Shown in pieces: positions 1 through 26,956 of a stretch of 64,000 nucleotides of DNA. This DNA is from the human T2T-CHM13v2.0 reference genome, Homo sapiens. The stretch lies in assembly GCF_009914755.1 (NCBI RefSeq), contig NC_060941.1. One strand, given 5' to 3'. Numbering within the stretch: position 1 is the first letter of the stretch; each line of letters begins with the position of its first letter. Below the pieces are notes generated by a model. It saw only the letters and a list, made by a program, of their open reading frames with translations. It did not search any database and had not been told where the DNA came from. Made by a program: the position numbers and the translations under genes.

Positions 1-356
1 CCTGAGCTAAATCTAACTATATCTCACATTATACTTGGAAACACCAATATGCATTATCTTAAGCAGAGGAGTAGAAAAGGAGAACTCAGAAGAAAAGGAG
101 AAATCAGAAGCAAAGAGAGATATAAGAAAGGCATGGCAAGCTACCACTAATTGTTTTGATTGTCAAAAAAGAAAAAGTAGGTAGATTTATTATCTTAAGG
201 GCTCTCCTGTTGGTCTAATTCTTATTTCAGGTATAAACACAAACACGAAAAGATTTAAGTAAAATTATAAGAGTTGTTCTTCTGAAATTGCTGGTTTTTA
301 AAATATTTTATCAGGCCTCTCTATCAGTTTCTATACTGTGCTTTAATATCTTACAG

Positions 357-410
357 CTGCTGGAAAGTTGTATAAATGTAAGTTGCTGAATGGAACAAGG
401 TCTCTCAAAG
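357..410 (+). CDS. EF-hand-repeat exon 1 (54 nt, short type a)
   Basis: atcttacag|CT...AAAG|gtaagt; encodes AGKLYKCKLLNGTRSLK. Confidence 0.85.
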
Positions 411-873
411 GTAAGTGAGAAATCAGGTAAAAGTGATTGCGTTTACTTTTTTAAAACCACATATATTTGGGGTGATGACAAGTTTGGCAATTAACCTGTT
501 TACTAAGTGTTTTTGTCTCATAATTTACTACTTTGAACATAGTGCCTTTGGGGAAATGATTTTTTATTCTATCACTACATTTAAAATCTATTTTACAAAT
601 AGAATTATAAAGGCAGTTTCTTTCCACATTTCATCAGACTTGCCTAGTTCTTCAGTTTTTTCCTTATAAATGTCCCATGAAAGCTATAGTCAGATCCTCT
701 AGACAAAAATGGGAGAGCACGTTCTGCTCCCGATTCACATAGCAATTCTTTTCATATAAACAACTTTATTGTTTCTTTGATTGTTTACCCTCTGTTAACT
801 CATGGACATGCCCAGTATTTTTCACTTTATCCTTATTGTTTGCATTTCTCATTCCTGTCCTCTTTTTTCTAAG

Positions 874-978
874 GAGTGAAGCTTAGTGTTGATAAGCTAG
901 AACCCTTCATAGAACATACGGGCTTTGAGCTTGAGGAAGAGGAATACCAAGATCTGAAAAACAACCTGCCCATTTATG
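874..978 (+). CDS. EF-hand-repeat exon 2 (105 nt)
   Basis: ttttctaag|GA...TATG|gtgagc; GVKLSVDKLEPFIEHTGFELEEEEYQDLKNNLPIY. Confidence 0.88.
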
Positions 979-1998
979 GTGAGCTGCTCTTTAAGCAAAA
1001 CTTTCGATTCATATATGAGAACTTCTGATAGTATATTTAGAGTTGTGCAGAAGCATTAAAAAATGAAAAGAACTACACTCCAGCCTGAGCAACAGAGTGA
1101 GACCCTGTCTCCAAAATAAATAAATAAATGCATAAATAAATAATATATAAAAAGGTAAGAGTCCAGTCCTCAAGAATTAATCAATTCATGCAGTAGACTT
1201 TATTGAGCATCTAATATATATAAACTATTAGGAATACAAAAATGAAGATGACAGGATCTCTGACCTCTAGGAGTTCATAGTCTAGTAATACAGCTTATAT
1301 GCAGACAAGTCATCATAATGCTATGTGGTTGTGAATATATAAAAATATATTCAGTGAGATCCTAAAGGAGGAAAGAGCTAAGTTTGCCAGGAAGGCAATC
1401 AGAGAAAGGCTTGTCAGAAGATGTGTGGAAATTCTCCCAGATGAAGGCATTCCAGATAGGAAAATAATGCATACAAAAGCATAAATGCATGCAAAGTCAC
1501 AGAATTGTTAGGAGAGCAGCAAGAATTTCCTTGTGGGTAGAATGTACTCTTCATGTTACAACATGGCAAGAAAAAAAAAAAAAGGCTGGAAAGGCAGATT
1601 GCCAAGACTGGAAAGCTGTGTAGTTTAGCTGTCATCATTCTTTTGAGCCTTTCAGTAATGTGTGCCTTTCTGGAAATTTGTCCATTTCATCTAAGTTGTC
1701 TTATTTGTTGGCATGAAGTTGTTCATGGTATTTCTTTATATTCCTTTTTAATTTCTATGAAGTCAGTAATGATTTTCTTTCTCATGATTTTGATCTGTAT
1801 CTTTTTTATTTAGTCAGACTAGCTAAAGATTTGCCAATTTTGTTGATCTTTTCAAAAAGCCAACATCAATTTTTCCTATCAATTTTCTGTTTTCCATTTT
1901 ATTGATTTCAGCTCTAATCCTCATTATTTTCTTCTCTCAGCTTACCTTAGGTTTAGTTTGTTCTTCTTATGGTGAAAACTTAAATTCTTAACTTAAAA

Positions 1999-2135
1999 TC
2001 CTTCCTCCTGCTCCTCCTCCTCCTTCCCCTCCTCCTCCTCTCCTCCTCTCCTCCTCCTCCTCCTCCTTCTTCTTCTTCTTCTTTCTCTTTCTTCTTCTTC
2101 TTCTTCTTCCTCCTCCTTCTTCTTCTTTTTTTCTT
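1999..2135. repeat. (CCT)n/(CTT)n compound microsatellite at an Alu tail
   Basis: About 135-nt near-pure pyrimidine run adjoining a minus-strand Alu. Confidence 0.9.
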
Positions 2136-2427
<292 letters not shown>

Positions 2428-4354
2428 TAATACAGGTGTTTGCAGGTATAAATTTTCCTCTAAGCACTGCTTTAGCTGCATTTTGAAATTTTCCATATTT
2501 GTGTTTTCATTTGCATTCAGTTTAAAATACTTTCTAATTTCCCAGGTAATTTCTTCTTGATCCATGGGTTATTTAGAAATGTGTTGTTTGATTTCTAAAT
2601 GTTTATGGATTTCCCAAATTTCCTTCTGCTGTTGATTTAGAATTAATTCCTTTGTGGACAGAAAATATACTTTCATGATTTCAGTTCTTTTAAACTGGAT
2701 GAGACTTGTTTTATGGCCTAGCATATGGTCTAGCCTGGTGAATGTTCCATGGTTGATAATATTCTTCAAGTCTTCTTTATCCTACTTATTTTCCTGTTTG
2801 GTTGTTCTATCCATTATTTAGAGTGGGGTACTGAAGTTTCCAACTATTATACTTCAATTGTCTATTTCTCCCTTCAATTTTAGCCTTCATACTGTAGGTA
2901 GTGGTATATCTAGAGTATTCTCTCTTGCAAAATCAGTGCTGATGGCAATGTAGACAGCATTATTGGAAGTAAAGACTGGAACTTGAGAGATACTTCCATG
3001 ATCCAACAAGAGACGGTGAGAGCCTAGGGAAGGGAAGTGAACTTAGTGATGGATAACAGAGTGATTTGGGAAAGATTTTAAAATTTATATTTATTTATTA
3101 AAACTAATAAAAATTTAAAGTGAATAGGGCATGGTGACTGATTACATGAGAGGTATGAAAAAGTCGAAGAATTTTAGGAAGGGATATCTTAATGAGTAAG
3201 TCATCAGTCATAAGCCAATTCAGGAAGAGGTTCAGGTTAAAATGTCAGGAGAGTAGTTTCAGTTTTGGACAGGTAGAGTTTGAGATACTTGTAAGACATT
3301 GACTTAGAAATATGAATTAAGAGATGGTTGGAAATGAATACTCTAATAATTCATCTTATTTATCTTTAACTAGGAAGTTAGCAGTCCACAAATTTAGCAA
3401 AACTTTAGCAATGTGTCAGAGCACTGATGAGATTATTAGTAGACCAAAAGGAAAAGACAACAAATAAATAAATGGAGAAAATGTCTGATAGGGAAAGTTT
3501 GAAAGTAAACAAATAAAATAAGGAGGAAAATAGTAGTAAGAGAAAGACAGAAAAGAAGAATTTATCTACAGTGAATTCTGACCTACAAAAAATGACAAGT
3601 TTAAGATGGGGAATAGTAATAATTCCCCTTAACATCAATCACATCTACCATACATTAGCATGGCCTCATCATAGTGAGACCTACAAGTATCCAAAAGGAA
3701 AATTTTCCAAAATAATAACCCTCTAGGGAAAAAATAGCAAAAACCTGGGATTCATCCCACTGGTTCCACTGATTATATGGCATTGTGGAATGAAGTTGGA
3801 ATTGGAAGTAGCCAGACAGGGATTTAAATCTCAGCTCTGACAACTCTTGGCTGTGCAAGATTGGTCAAATTAACCACTCTGAATCTTAGTTCCCTTCTGT
3901 CAAAAAGAAAATAATATCTAATTTCATAATTGTTATAAATTCTTAATATAGGCCTTAGCATATAGTAAACATTTAAAATTAGCTTTATTAGTAGCAATAA
4001 TAAAAATCAGTATACATTCATCTCAACACAATGCCACCTATTTATGCTCTGCTCTGGTCAGAAGAAAGTGAATTTTCCATTGGATTTTTTTTATTATTGG
4101 AAATATATCATTTCCCAGTATTTTTTATCTACTTATAAAATGATGTAGATACTTTTTCTTATTCATTATCCAGGTATCTTGAAACTTTGCTGGAATGCCA
4201 TGATGATTTTGGTTGTAGAAGTGTCAACTATCTCCTTGAGTACTACTTTTCAAGTCAATGAGCTCTTAGGAAATAGCATTAGAAATATTCATATAAATAG
4301 CATTCAGGCTATTCATAAGTCTTCTGTGGGAATAATTAAAATATACTAGGATGG

Positions 4355-7243
<2,889 letters not shown>

Positions 7244-7287
7244 CAAGAAAAAAAGTCTAAATACACCTATAATAAGAAATTCAGTTA

Positions 7288-7562
7288 CAGACATACCTCA
7301 TGTTATTATGCCCTGCTTTATTGCATTTTACAGATACTGTGATTTTTACAAATTGAAGGTTTGCAAAACCCTGCATTGAGCAAGCCTATCAATGTCATTT
7401 TTCCAATTGCATGTCCTCATTTCATGTCTCATGTGTCATGTCTTGCAAATTTTTTTGTTATATCTATTATGGTAATCTGTGATCAATGATATTTGATGTT
7501 ACTACTGTAATTGTTATGGGGTACCATGAACAGCAACCATGTAAGACAATTGACTCAACTGG
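7288..7562 (+). mobile_element. Tigger1 DNA transposon terminal fragment
   Basis: ta|cagacatacctcatgttatt...ttttacaaattgaaggtttg matches the Tigger1 end as recalled. Confidence 0.75.
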
Positions 7563-7711
7563 TAAAAAAAAAAAAAATGCATAAACGGCACCAAGATGAT
7601 AAATGAAACAGTATGGAACTTTAAGGAACTAGAAATAATTTGGCATAAGCTGGATCATAAAATGCTATCAGGAGTTTGGCAAGAAATAAACGTAAAGAGC
7701 AAGGAAGGAGA

Positions 7712-8180
7712 TGTGGTAGGCTCCCAAAAATACCCAGGTCCTAATCCTCAGAACCTGTGAATGTTAACTTATATGGGAAAAGTGACTTTGGAGATATGAT
7801 TAGGAACCCTGAGATGGGGAGATTATCCTTATCTAAGTATACCTTAAATGTAATTACAACTGTCCTTAAGAGGGAGACTTGATGACAGAAAAAGTAGAAG
7901 GCAGTGTGACAATGGACACAAGATGCTACAATGAGAGCTTTGAGGATGGAAGAAGGGACATGAGCCAAAGAATATAAGTGGCCTCTAGAAGTGGAAGGCA
8001 AGGGAACAGATTCTCTGCCAGAGCCTCCTGAAGAAACCAGCCCTGCTGACACCTTGACTTTAGCCCAATAAAACTGATTTCAGACTTTCACTCTCCAGAA
8101 CCATTAAGAGAAAAAAGCTGTATGGTTTTAAACCACCAAGTTTTTGGTAAATTGTTACAGCAACAACAGGAACTAACACA
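7712..8180 (+). mobile_element. MLT1 (MaLR) solo LTR
   Basis: tgtggtagg...cctaatcctcagaacctgtgaatgtta...ttgttacagcaacaacaggaactaacaca; TG...CA ends. Confidence 0.8.
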
Positions 8181-8306
8181 GGGGACAAATCATAGAGGGC
8201 CTTGACTACCAAATAAAGGAGTGTGAATTTTATTCTGTGGAGTATGGAGTCATTCCAGGATTTTAAGCTACAGACTATGTTATTAGATGTGCAAATTAGA
8301 AAGATT

Positions 8307-9452
<1,146 letters not shown>

Positions 9453-9579
9453 TCAAAGGAGTTTACCTAAAAGCTTCAATTTTCTTTGTAAAGTAGAAGA
9501 CAGGATCATCTACTAACAGGAAGGACACAGTGGTGGGGTAGGGAATTTCAAGAAGAGTATTGGTGATTTTACATAACTT

Positions 9580-10190
9580 TGTTTCTTGTTTTTGTTTTTA
9601 GTTTTATATATGTAGGGGATACAAGTGCAGATTTCTTACATGTATATATTGCATCGTTGTGAAGTCTGGGCTTTTAGTATACCCATCACTCAAACAGTGA
9701 ATACTGTACCCAATAGGTAATTTTTCAACCCTTGCTCCCACACGCTCCCACCTTTTGTAGTCTTTAATGTCCATTATTCCACTCTGTATGTCCATGTGTA
9801 CTCATCGTTTAGCTCCCAGTTGTAAGTGAGAGCGTGCAGTACTTAACCCTCTGTTTCTGAGTTATTTTGCTGAGGATAATGGCCTCCAGTTCCATCCATG
9901 TTGCTGCAAAAGACATCATATCATTGTTTTGGTGTCTGAGTAGTATTCCTTGGTATATACATACTCCATCCTTTCTATCCAGTCCTCCATTGGTGGACAC
10001 TTAGATTGATTCCACATCTCTGCTATAGTGCTGCAATAAGCAAAAGAGTGCAGATATATTTTTAATATAATGATTTTTTTCCCATTGGGTATATACCCAG
10101 TAGTGGAACTGCTGGATCAAATGGCAGCTCCATGTTTTAGTTCCCTGAGAAATCTCCATGCCGTTTTCCATAAAAGCTATACTAATTTAA
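9580..10190 (-). mobile_element. L1MA-type 3' fragment
   Basis: Minus-strand ORF2 C-terminal relic (MSFAATWMELEAIILSKITQKQ) plus 3' UTR. Confidence 0.85.
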
Positions 10191-10665
10191 TTTTGTATAA
10201 CTTTGATAGAAAATATGAACTAAAGTTAATAAGGAATACATGAAGGCATTGCTGAGAAGTGCCAAGAGGTAACCATAGTTAAATACCATTAAAACATAAT
10301 GGCAACCTTTCGTATGATTATATGATATTCTTCAGTTGGACCAAATTAGGAGATTCTAAGGCTCATGTACCAAAACAATGAAAGCATAGAGACTTAACCG
10401 TGTAGTCCAAGAAAATGAGTAAGTGTTCTAGTGTGGACGCAGAAAGAAGTGAGGTTGTGAACTTAGAGAAAAGTGAGAGAAGAGGAATGAAGTTCTCTAT
10501 AAAGATATAACACATGTGGTATAAGTAAGGAAGTAAAATAAATGGAAGAATTACAAGGTATTGGCCAAAAGTCAGCATGTTAGAATTTAAGGTTTTAGAG
10601 GTAAAGCATTTCTAGGTGATGACAAAGTCCAGAATGTGTGCTTGAGAGTTAACTAGTGTAGAATT

Positions 10666-11024
10666 TAAGAGATAGTCATTGAGGATAAGAAGGTCAAGAA
10701 ATTTGGAGGCCAGTCATTGAATGAGTTATCTGAATAAAGGCTGGAATTCCTTATAATGATGCCAGGAGTTTTGGAGGAAGAAGACTATGGGTCATGGGAC
10801 AAGCTCCTAAAGTGACCAAGAAGCCAGTGGGTGGCAATAAAAATAAGAGATAGTCATTGAGGATAAGGAGGTCAAGAGATTTGGAGGCGAAGTCATTGAA
10901 TGAGTTATCCATATAAAGGCTGGAATTCCTTATAATAATGCCAGGAGTTTTGGATGCAGGAGAAGACTATGGGTCATAGGACAAGCTCCTGAAGTGACAA
11001 AGAAGCCAGTGGGTGGCAATAAAA
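10666..11024. repeat. Tandem duplication, two copies of ~178-181 bp
   Basis: taagagatagtcattgaggataag...gtgggtggcaataaaaa starts at 10666 and again at 10844. Confidence 0.95.
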
Positions 11025-11831
11025 AGAAAGCCAAATTCCATAAATCTCAAAAGAGAAGAGGTTTGGATTTAGTTGGAAATCAGCAGTTGCAATCTAGGAG
11101 AATGCCAAGCCCTGAGACAATTAGGACATAGAAAAATGAGTAGTCTTGGCAACAGAGCAAGACTCCATCTCAGAAAAAAAAAAAAAAAAAGAAAGAAAAA
11201 GAAAAAGAAAAATGAGCAGTCTTATCTCAAAAATAAAAGCAAGTAATAGAAAATTATATTAGGAAGAGGAAAAGTTCAATTAAGAAGGAAGGTTAAAAGT
11301 CTGTAAAGAGACTAAAAATACAGAGAAATTCATATTCTATTTCAACTCTAAGAGAAGGGTTGAAAAGAAGCTAGCAATAGAAAGAAAAATATCAAGTAAT
11401 AAAACAGAATAGACTAGAGAGGGCAGAAAATTGGGAGGGGTTTTCATTCTGAAAAATGAGAGCAATATGGATAAAAGGTATGGTTAGACCAATGCCCTTG
11501 AGGCAGACGCTCCCATGTCTTGTCAAAAGCCTGATCAAGTTAGCAGACTGGGAGCTTGCTCTTTTGTGTCTGAAGAGTCGTTCCTTTGGCTGGTGACGGG
11601 GATATTAGAAGCCCCAGTGGTGAAGAGAGTTCCGAAGCATCTTGGGGAAAACAACCCTTGTGCACATTTCCTCCTAGACACTTGTGCAGATGACTGGCTA
11701 ACTCTCAAGACATTCTCCTCTCAATGGAAACACTGCATTGTTGTTCCAGAGGACTAAAAGCAAGAATTTTCTTTTGCTGGAATTGGAAAGGATTAGGACA
11801 TCTGATTTGTCTACCTTAACTGCATCTTTAG

Positions 11832-12233
11832 CTTTTGTTCCCTACCAAGAGAGCTACTGTAAACATGATGAACATTCATAAAAGCCACTGGACTTTCTGT
11901 AGGAAGTATGGCAAGCACCAATCCCACAAAGTGACACAGTGCAAGAAGGGCAAGGATTCTCTGTATGCCCAGGGAAAGCAGTGTTATGACAGGAAGCAGA
12001 GTGGCTATGATGGGCAGACTAAGCTGATTTTCCAGAAAAGGCTAAACCACAAAGAAGATTGTGCTGAGACAAGAGTGTATTGAGTCCAACTGCAGATCTC
12101 AGCGAATGCTGGCTATTAAAGAGAACTGGAAGGAGCTAAAACAAGAAAGGGCCAAGTGATTCAGTTCTGAGCTTCATCTTTTGTTTTATTAAGAAAACAA
12201 TACAATCTTGAGGTTATGCTCAAACAAGAAAGA
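11832..12233 (+). pseudogene. Processed pseudogene of 60S ribosomal protein L36a (RPL36A-derived)
   Basis: ATG 11865; [56 protein letters not shown] resembles RPL36A ([34 protein letters not shown]). Frameshifts follow, it ends GQVIQF-TGA at 12170, has no introns and a decayed A tail. Imperfect TSD aactgcatctt 11818-11828 / aattgcatctt 12234-12244. Confidence 0.93.
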
Positions 12234-13028
12234 AATTGCATCTTCAAGCAGAGAAAAGAGCCATGGTGAAGGAAAATTGTACACAGTCATCCTAAGAGCA
12301 GACTGGGAGATGGTTGCAGGGGGCAGGGATAACTGGTGATTTCCACTCTCATAACCAGGAACTAAAACTAAGTTTGTTACCAAAGAAACTTGTTAGCTTT
12401 GTGTCTTATTCATGCTTGTGATAGTTTGGTTATCACCTGTCTGTTTCCCTCTAGCACTTTACATTAAAGTTCTAAGAATAAAAAATCTCTACATGCTAGT
12501 GTTCCTGAGGCACACAAAAAGAGGTGAACTTGAGAGTTTGCATCTGACTTCCTAGCCACCCTTAAGGAAGGAAGCACAAGAAATGCACTGTGTGTTGTAG
12601 CTACCAAGAAGAGGAAAGCAGACTCACCAAATCCCTGAGGCATGATAGAGAGCCAGACCAGGTTAAGGTAGAAGCCCCTAGAGATAGGCCCTGTATGGTG
12701 GCAAAACATGCAATTAAGAAAATTTTGCAAAATCGAGATTCCAATGTTTGCACAAAATTCTATTTTAAATGCAATGTTTCCCTTTTTGATACATTCTCTC
12801 ACTCTACCTATTTACTGGTGAACGTTTGCATCTAATGGCTTACAGCCTAATTTTCACCACCATTGTTTTAGAAAACAGCTCGAAGATTATGTCTGAGCAA
12901 TAGCTGGCATTCTTGCCGATTTATTTCATTAATGTTTAATCAGCAAATGATGCTACATGAACATTTTTCTTAATATAGAATCATCATTCTTCAAACTTTA
13001 AACCACTTTCACTTTTTACTTTTTAAAG

Positions 13029-13133
13029 GTGAAAAGGTTGATACTAGGAACCTGGAAAATTTTCTGGAAAATATGGGGATAAAGCTCACAGAAGATAAAG
13101 AAATGCAACTGCTGAATAATCTTCCAGTTGATG
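13029..13133 (+). CDS. EF-hand-repeat exon 4 (105 nt)
   Basis: tttttaaag|GT...GATG|gtaagc; GEKVDTRNLENFLENMGIKLTEDKEMQLLNNLPVD. Confidence 0.9.
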
Positions 13134-13157
13134 GTAAGCATTAAAAATATCACACAA

Positions 13158-13725
<568 letters not shown>

Positions 13726-13897
13726 TCATCATATTGAGAACTGTTTCCATTCCTGAGTTTTATTCTTGAAAATGAAAAAGTATAAATTTCTGGAATAAAA
13801 TATTTTAAAATGTATATTCTGAAATTATGTATGTTTTGTACTATTTTTTAAATATCTACATTGCTGCCTGAGACTTGGATTTTTCTCTGTCTTACAG

Positions 13898-13951
13898 CCA
13901 AAGGAAAGGTATTTGTGAACAGATTGATGAAAGAATTGAGAGGTCTTGAAG
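13898..13951 (+). CDS. EF-hand-repeat exon 5 (54 nt, type a)
   Basis: gtcttacag|CC...GAAG|gtgagt; AKGKVFVNRLMKELRGLE. Confidence 0.88.
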
Positions 13952-14300
13952 GTGAGTGAGAAGTAAGATAAAAAGGCAGGTAAAACTGAGTTCCTCAAGC
14001 TTTACTGTTGTTTTCAAAAACCCTTCCTATTTTACAATTTTCAGATTATTAATCCTGCTGTCCCAACTGTTTATTAATTCATTGTTTATACTTATATGCT
14101 TTAGGCACACTGCAATCACTAAAATGGTTTAACTACAGTAGACTCAAAAACAGTGGTTCCCAAATAAAGTTGTGCATCAGAATCACCAGGAAAAAAAAAA
14201 AAAACACTGTCTTAGCATTCAGATCACTAGGCCCTTTTTCTGTCATATTGATCTTGGATTTCTAGAGCTAGTACCTAGAAGCATGTTATTAAAAAGTTTG

Positions 14301-19400
<5,100 letters not shown>

Positions 19401-19414
19401 TGAAAAAAAAAGAA

Positions 19415-19695
19415 GATATTGGTCAACAGATATAAAGTCATAGTTAGGAGGAATAGGTTCTGGTGTTCTATTGTAGAACAAGATGGCTATAATAAATAAT
19501 AGTGTATTGTGTGTTTCAAGCTAGAAGAAAGGATTTTGAATGTTGTCACCACAAAGAAATGATTAATATTTGAGGTGATAGATATGCTAATTACACTGAT
19601 TTGATTATTCCACAATGCTTACATGTATCAAAACATCACATCATACCCTTTAAAATACCCAATTATTATTTGTCAGTTAAAAATATAAAAATTTT
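19415..19695 (+). mobile_element. L1MA-type 3' UTR fragment
   Basis: ttgaggtgatagatatgctaattacactgatttgattatt...aaaacatcaca resembles old L1M 3' ends. Confidence 0.7.
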
Positions 19696-20027
19696 AAAAA
19701 TATTTCCAGGGGATTATGATGGAGTAAACCCACAGACTTTATTTATTTATTTATTTGTCTCTGTTATTTTAGCAAGTTTCAGATCCTATTGTGCAGACAC
19801 ATTTATAAAGGTTGATTTTGGTCTTAGTTCTCCTAAAAGCAATAACAGAATCCCACAGCTCAGGGTTTAGAAATTCCTTACTTACATACCAAAAACCATG
19901 TTTACTTGACTAGTTTAATTGTTCTTTGCCCTTTCTGCTTATAGAATTGATGCCTAGGTGTGAGCTAGAATTACCCACTCTTTATATCATTACAAATTTT
20001 CTTGTATCCATCCCCTTATTTCTTAAG

Positions 20028-20132
20028 GAACAAAAGTGTCTTCAGATAAGAAGGAAACTTTCTTGAAAAGCATAGGAATTGATCTCAAGGAGAAAGAAAT
20101 CCGGACACTGAATGACCACCTACCACTTGATG
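20028..20132 (+). CDS. EF-hand-repeat exon 6 (105 nt)
   Basis: ttcttaag|GA...GATG|gtgaga; GTKVSSDKKETFLKSIGIDLKEKEIRTLNDHLPLD. Confidence 0.88.
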
Positions 20133-21393
20133 GTGAGAGTTTTTAATATCGGTATACCCCTTAGTAAACCTTTGAACATGAGGCTAGTAGTGGGGCTGGA
20201 ATGATTGAAGGGGCTAGAATGATTGAAGATAGGGTACATATGAAAAGAAATGAGAGAGTAAGACCTTCACCATAGCTACCAAACTGAACCCAATGGCTAC
20301 CGCTTGGGAAGAATCACCAAGAATACTGCCAACATAAATGGCAAGTGTCAACTCACTATGTAACACCACAGGAAATGCCAAGAATTAACAAGAATACATA
20401 GGACGTAAATCTTCTAATCCCTGCTGGTAATCCATCGTTAATAGCAATGACCAACACTGTGTGGTCCTGACACATGCAAGGCACTATTCTAAGTACTTTC
20501 ACATATCAACTTATTTAATCTTGTAAACAACCCTAAAAGCTAGGTTCTGCTTTTATCCCCATTCTACATTTAAGGAAACAAGGGCACAGAAAAGTCAAGT
20601 CACTTGCCCAAAGGCAGAGAGCTAGTAAATGATGGAACCGGGAAAAGAACCTAGGCAATCTGGCTCCAGAAACTGTCTCTTAACCACGATGCTGTATTTC
20701 CGTGAGCTAATAGAATTAACGAATTTTAAAAGGTATATAGTAATGTTACAGATGAAATTAATTAAACTTGGCGTATTTTAGATGGTCTCATGCTAGTGAA
20801 ACTGAGAAAAATTCATCAGGAAATTTTGGGAGACTACTGTTCCCTAGAGGAAATTGTAAAAATATATAATTAATCCAAGTCAGTGAATACTGTATGTGCT
20901 TTTCTAAATCAGTGGTACCTTTCATTCTTCCAGTCCAACAACTTTAAAAACTATGATGCATCAGGCACTGTTCTAGGCCCTTGGTACCTTTGCTTTAATA
21001 AGTAAGCAATTTTCAAAACATGACTTTTTCTTTTGTTTTTAAATCCCTTCTATAGCTCTTTCAATCTACCAGTGCAATAAACGTAGATACTTGCGGTTGC
21101 CCTGTTGTCCTAGTATCTTGGAACATCACCAGCACAGTGATTTAAAGTGTGAGGCCCTTAACATAATTCTTGTAGAATACCTTGTACCTCTGTTTAATCA
21201 TCTGAGATAGGATAGAATATTGTTTCAGAACCTAATGGGCCTCAGTGGAGCTAATTGGGGACATAGAAAGGGAAGAGTGTGGTGGCATGTTATTTACAGG
21301 CAGACTTTTATCCAAAAAAAGGATCTTCCTTGTCCTATTTAAAAGTTATAATGGTAACCATATTACTACTAATAATAAGGTATTATAAAACTA

Positions 21394-25182
<3,789 letters not shown>

Positions 25183-26956
25183 TCAGAAGAATTTTCTGGA
25201 GGATTAGATACAAAGTACTAGATAAAAGGAGAAGTCAAGAATGATTCTAAAATTTTTGTCTTGAACAACTAACTAAAAGGGTAGTCTTGCCATTAACTGA
25301 GATGAGAAAAGTTACCAGTAGTACAAGTTTGGGTGGAAGAAAATTAGGAATCCAATTTGGGACATTTTGAGATAACTAATAGACCTCCAAATGCAGGTGT
25401 CAAGTACAAACTTACTAAACAGACTCAAATTCAAGAAATATATCTTGGGTAAAAATATAAAATTGAAAGTCATAGGCATATAGATGGTATTTAAAGCCAG
25501 GAGATTGAGTGAATTCACTCAAGGAGTGCGTATAAGTGAAGAAGAGAAGAGGACTAAAGAAGGAAACCTGGAGTACTTCAATATTAAGAAGTCTTAAAGC
25601 AAAGAAGATGAGGAGTAGCCAGTGATGTAGGTGGAAAACCAAGATAATAAGGTGCCCTGAAAACCAGATAAGGAATATTAAATTAAGTTGGGTGCCCCCA
25701 GAAAACAAACCCTGAAACGAGGATTACATATACAGGTAGTTTGCTTGGGAAGTGAGCTCAGGGGAGCAGAGAAGTGAGACATAGATAATAGCAGCCAATA
25801 AAGTGTTTATCAAACAAGTTACCATTGCAGGTAACTGGAGCTTAATCGCACTGGAGAATATCTGGTAAATGACATGGCCTCAAGAGAGGGGTAATAGAGC
25901 TAGGTTATTTCCACACCAACTCATATCAGTCATTGGTTAAAAACTGCTTAAGGGAGGGGAAAGCAGTATTACTCTGCTGGCATTTCTAGCCATCTGAGCA
26001 TAGGCAGAGTGAACTCTGGCAGCTGAAGAAATCCCTCAGAAAAAGAGATACTAGTAACTGAAAGTGGAAAAGCATGCATTGATATGAGGGGATATGAGCA
26101 GGACATCTATAGCATCTGCTACAGTTACCAGACAAGAGGGCAAATCAATAGTCAAATGCTGCTGATAGGCCAACTAACATGAGAACCGAGAATTGACAAT
26201 TGCATATAGCCACATGGAGGTCACTGGTGATATCCAAAGAGCAACTTCAGGTAGTGAGGATGAGAAGAAGCCTAAGTGGAATGAGTCCGAAATAATGGGA
26301 AATAGGATTTAGAAACTGTGTGAATATCCAAGGTGTTTCACTGCAAAAGAGAGCAAAGTGGAATAAGGGCATAGGTAAAGTGGTGAAAATGGTGGTAAGA
26401 GGCGGCTTCTTTTTTTAATTAAAGAGAGGAAAGAAGTAGTGATCAAGTGAAAGAAGAGGAAACAGTGGTTTGAAAAGAGGAACGAAGGTGTGAAGTAGTC
26501 ATAAAGAAGAGTAGGAAAATTAAGGAACCAGGAAAGTATAGTATGATTGCCCCAGAGCAGTAAAGACCCACTTGAGGTTCATCATCATCAATGTAAAGTG
26601 AGGGTAGTCAGCGTAGTTCGCTTTAGTTCTAGTTAGCTACATGGCTGTAGGCACAGAGTAGTAGAGACTTGCATTTAACCAGCAGTGGGATTTTGTCAAG
26701 TGAGTATATTAAAAGCAAGAACAGAGTAACTTAAAGCCAATCTTCTGCAAGATGTAAATACAGTTAAAGCTTTCCTTACTCACTGATGCTTTTAACTTCC
26801 TAGTCCTTTGTGGGTTCATCCTTCTTAGTGATATCAACAAAAGCCAGTCTTTGTCTAAAAGTATGTTTATTTTACAATCATCTTTGAATCATAGTTTGGC
26901 TGAATCTAAACTTGTAGATTGTCATTTTATCTTAGAACTCTGGAAACAAATGATTC

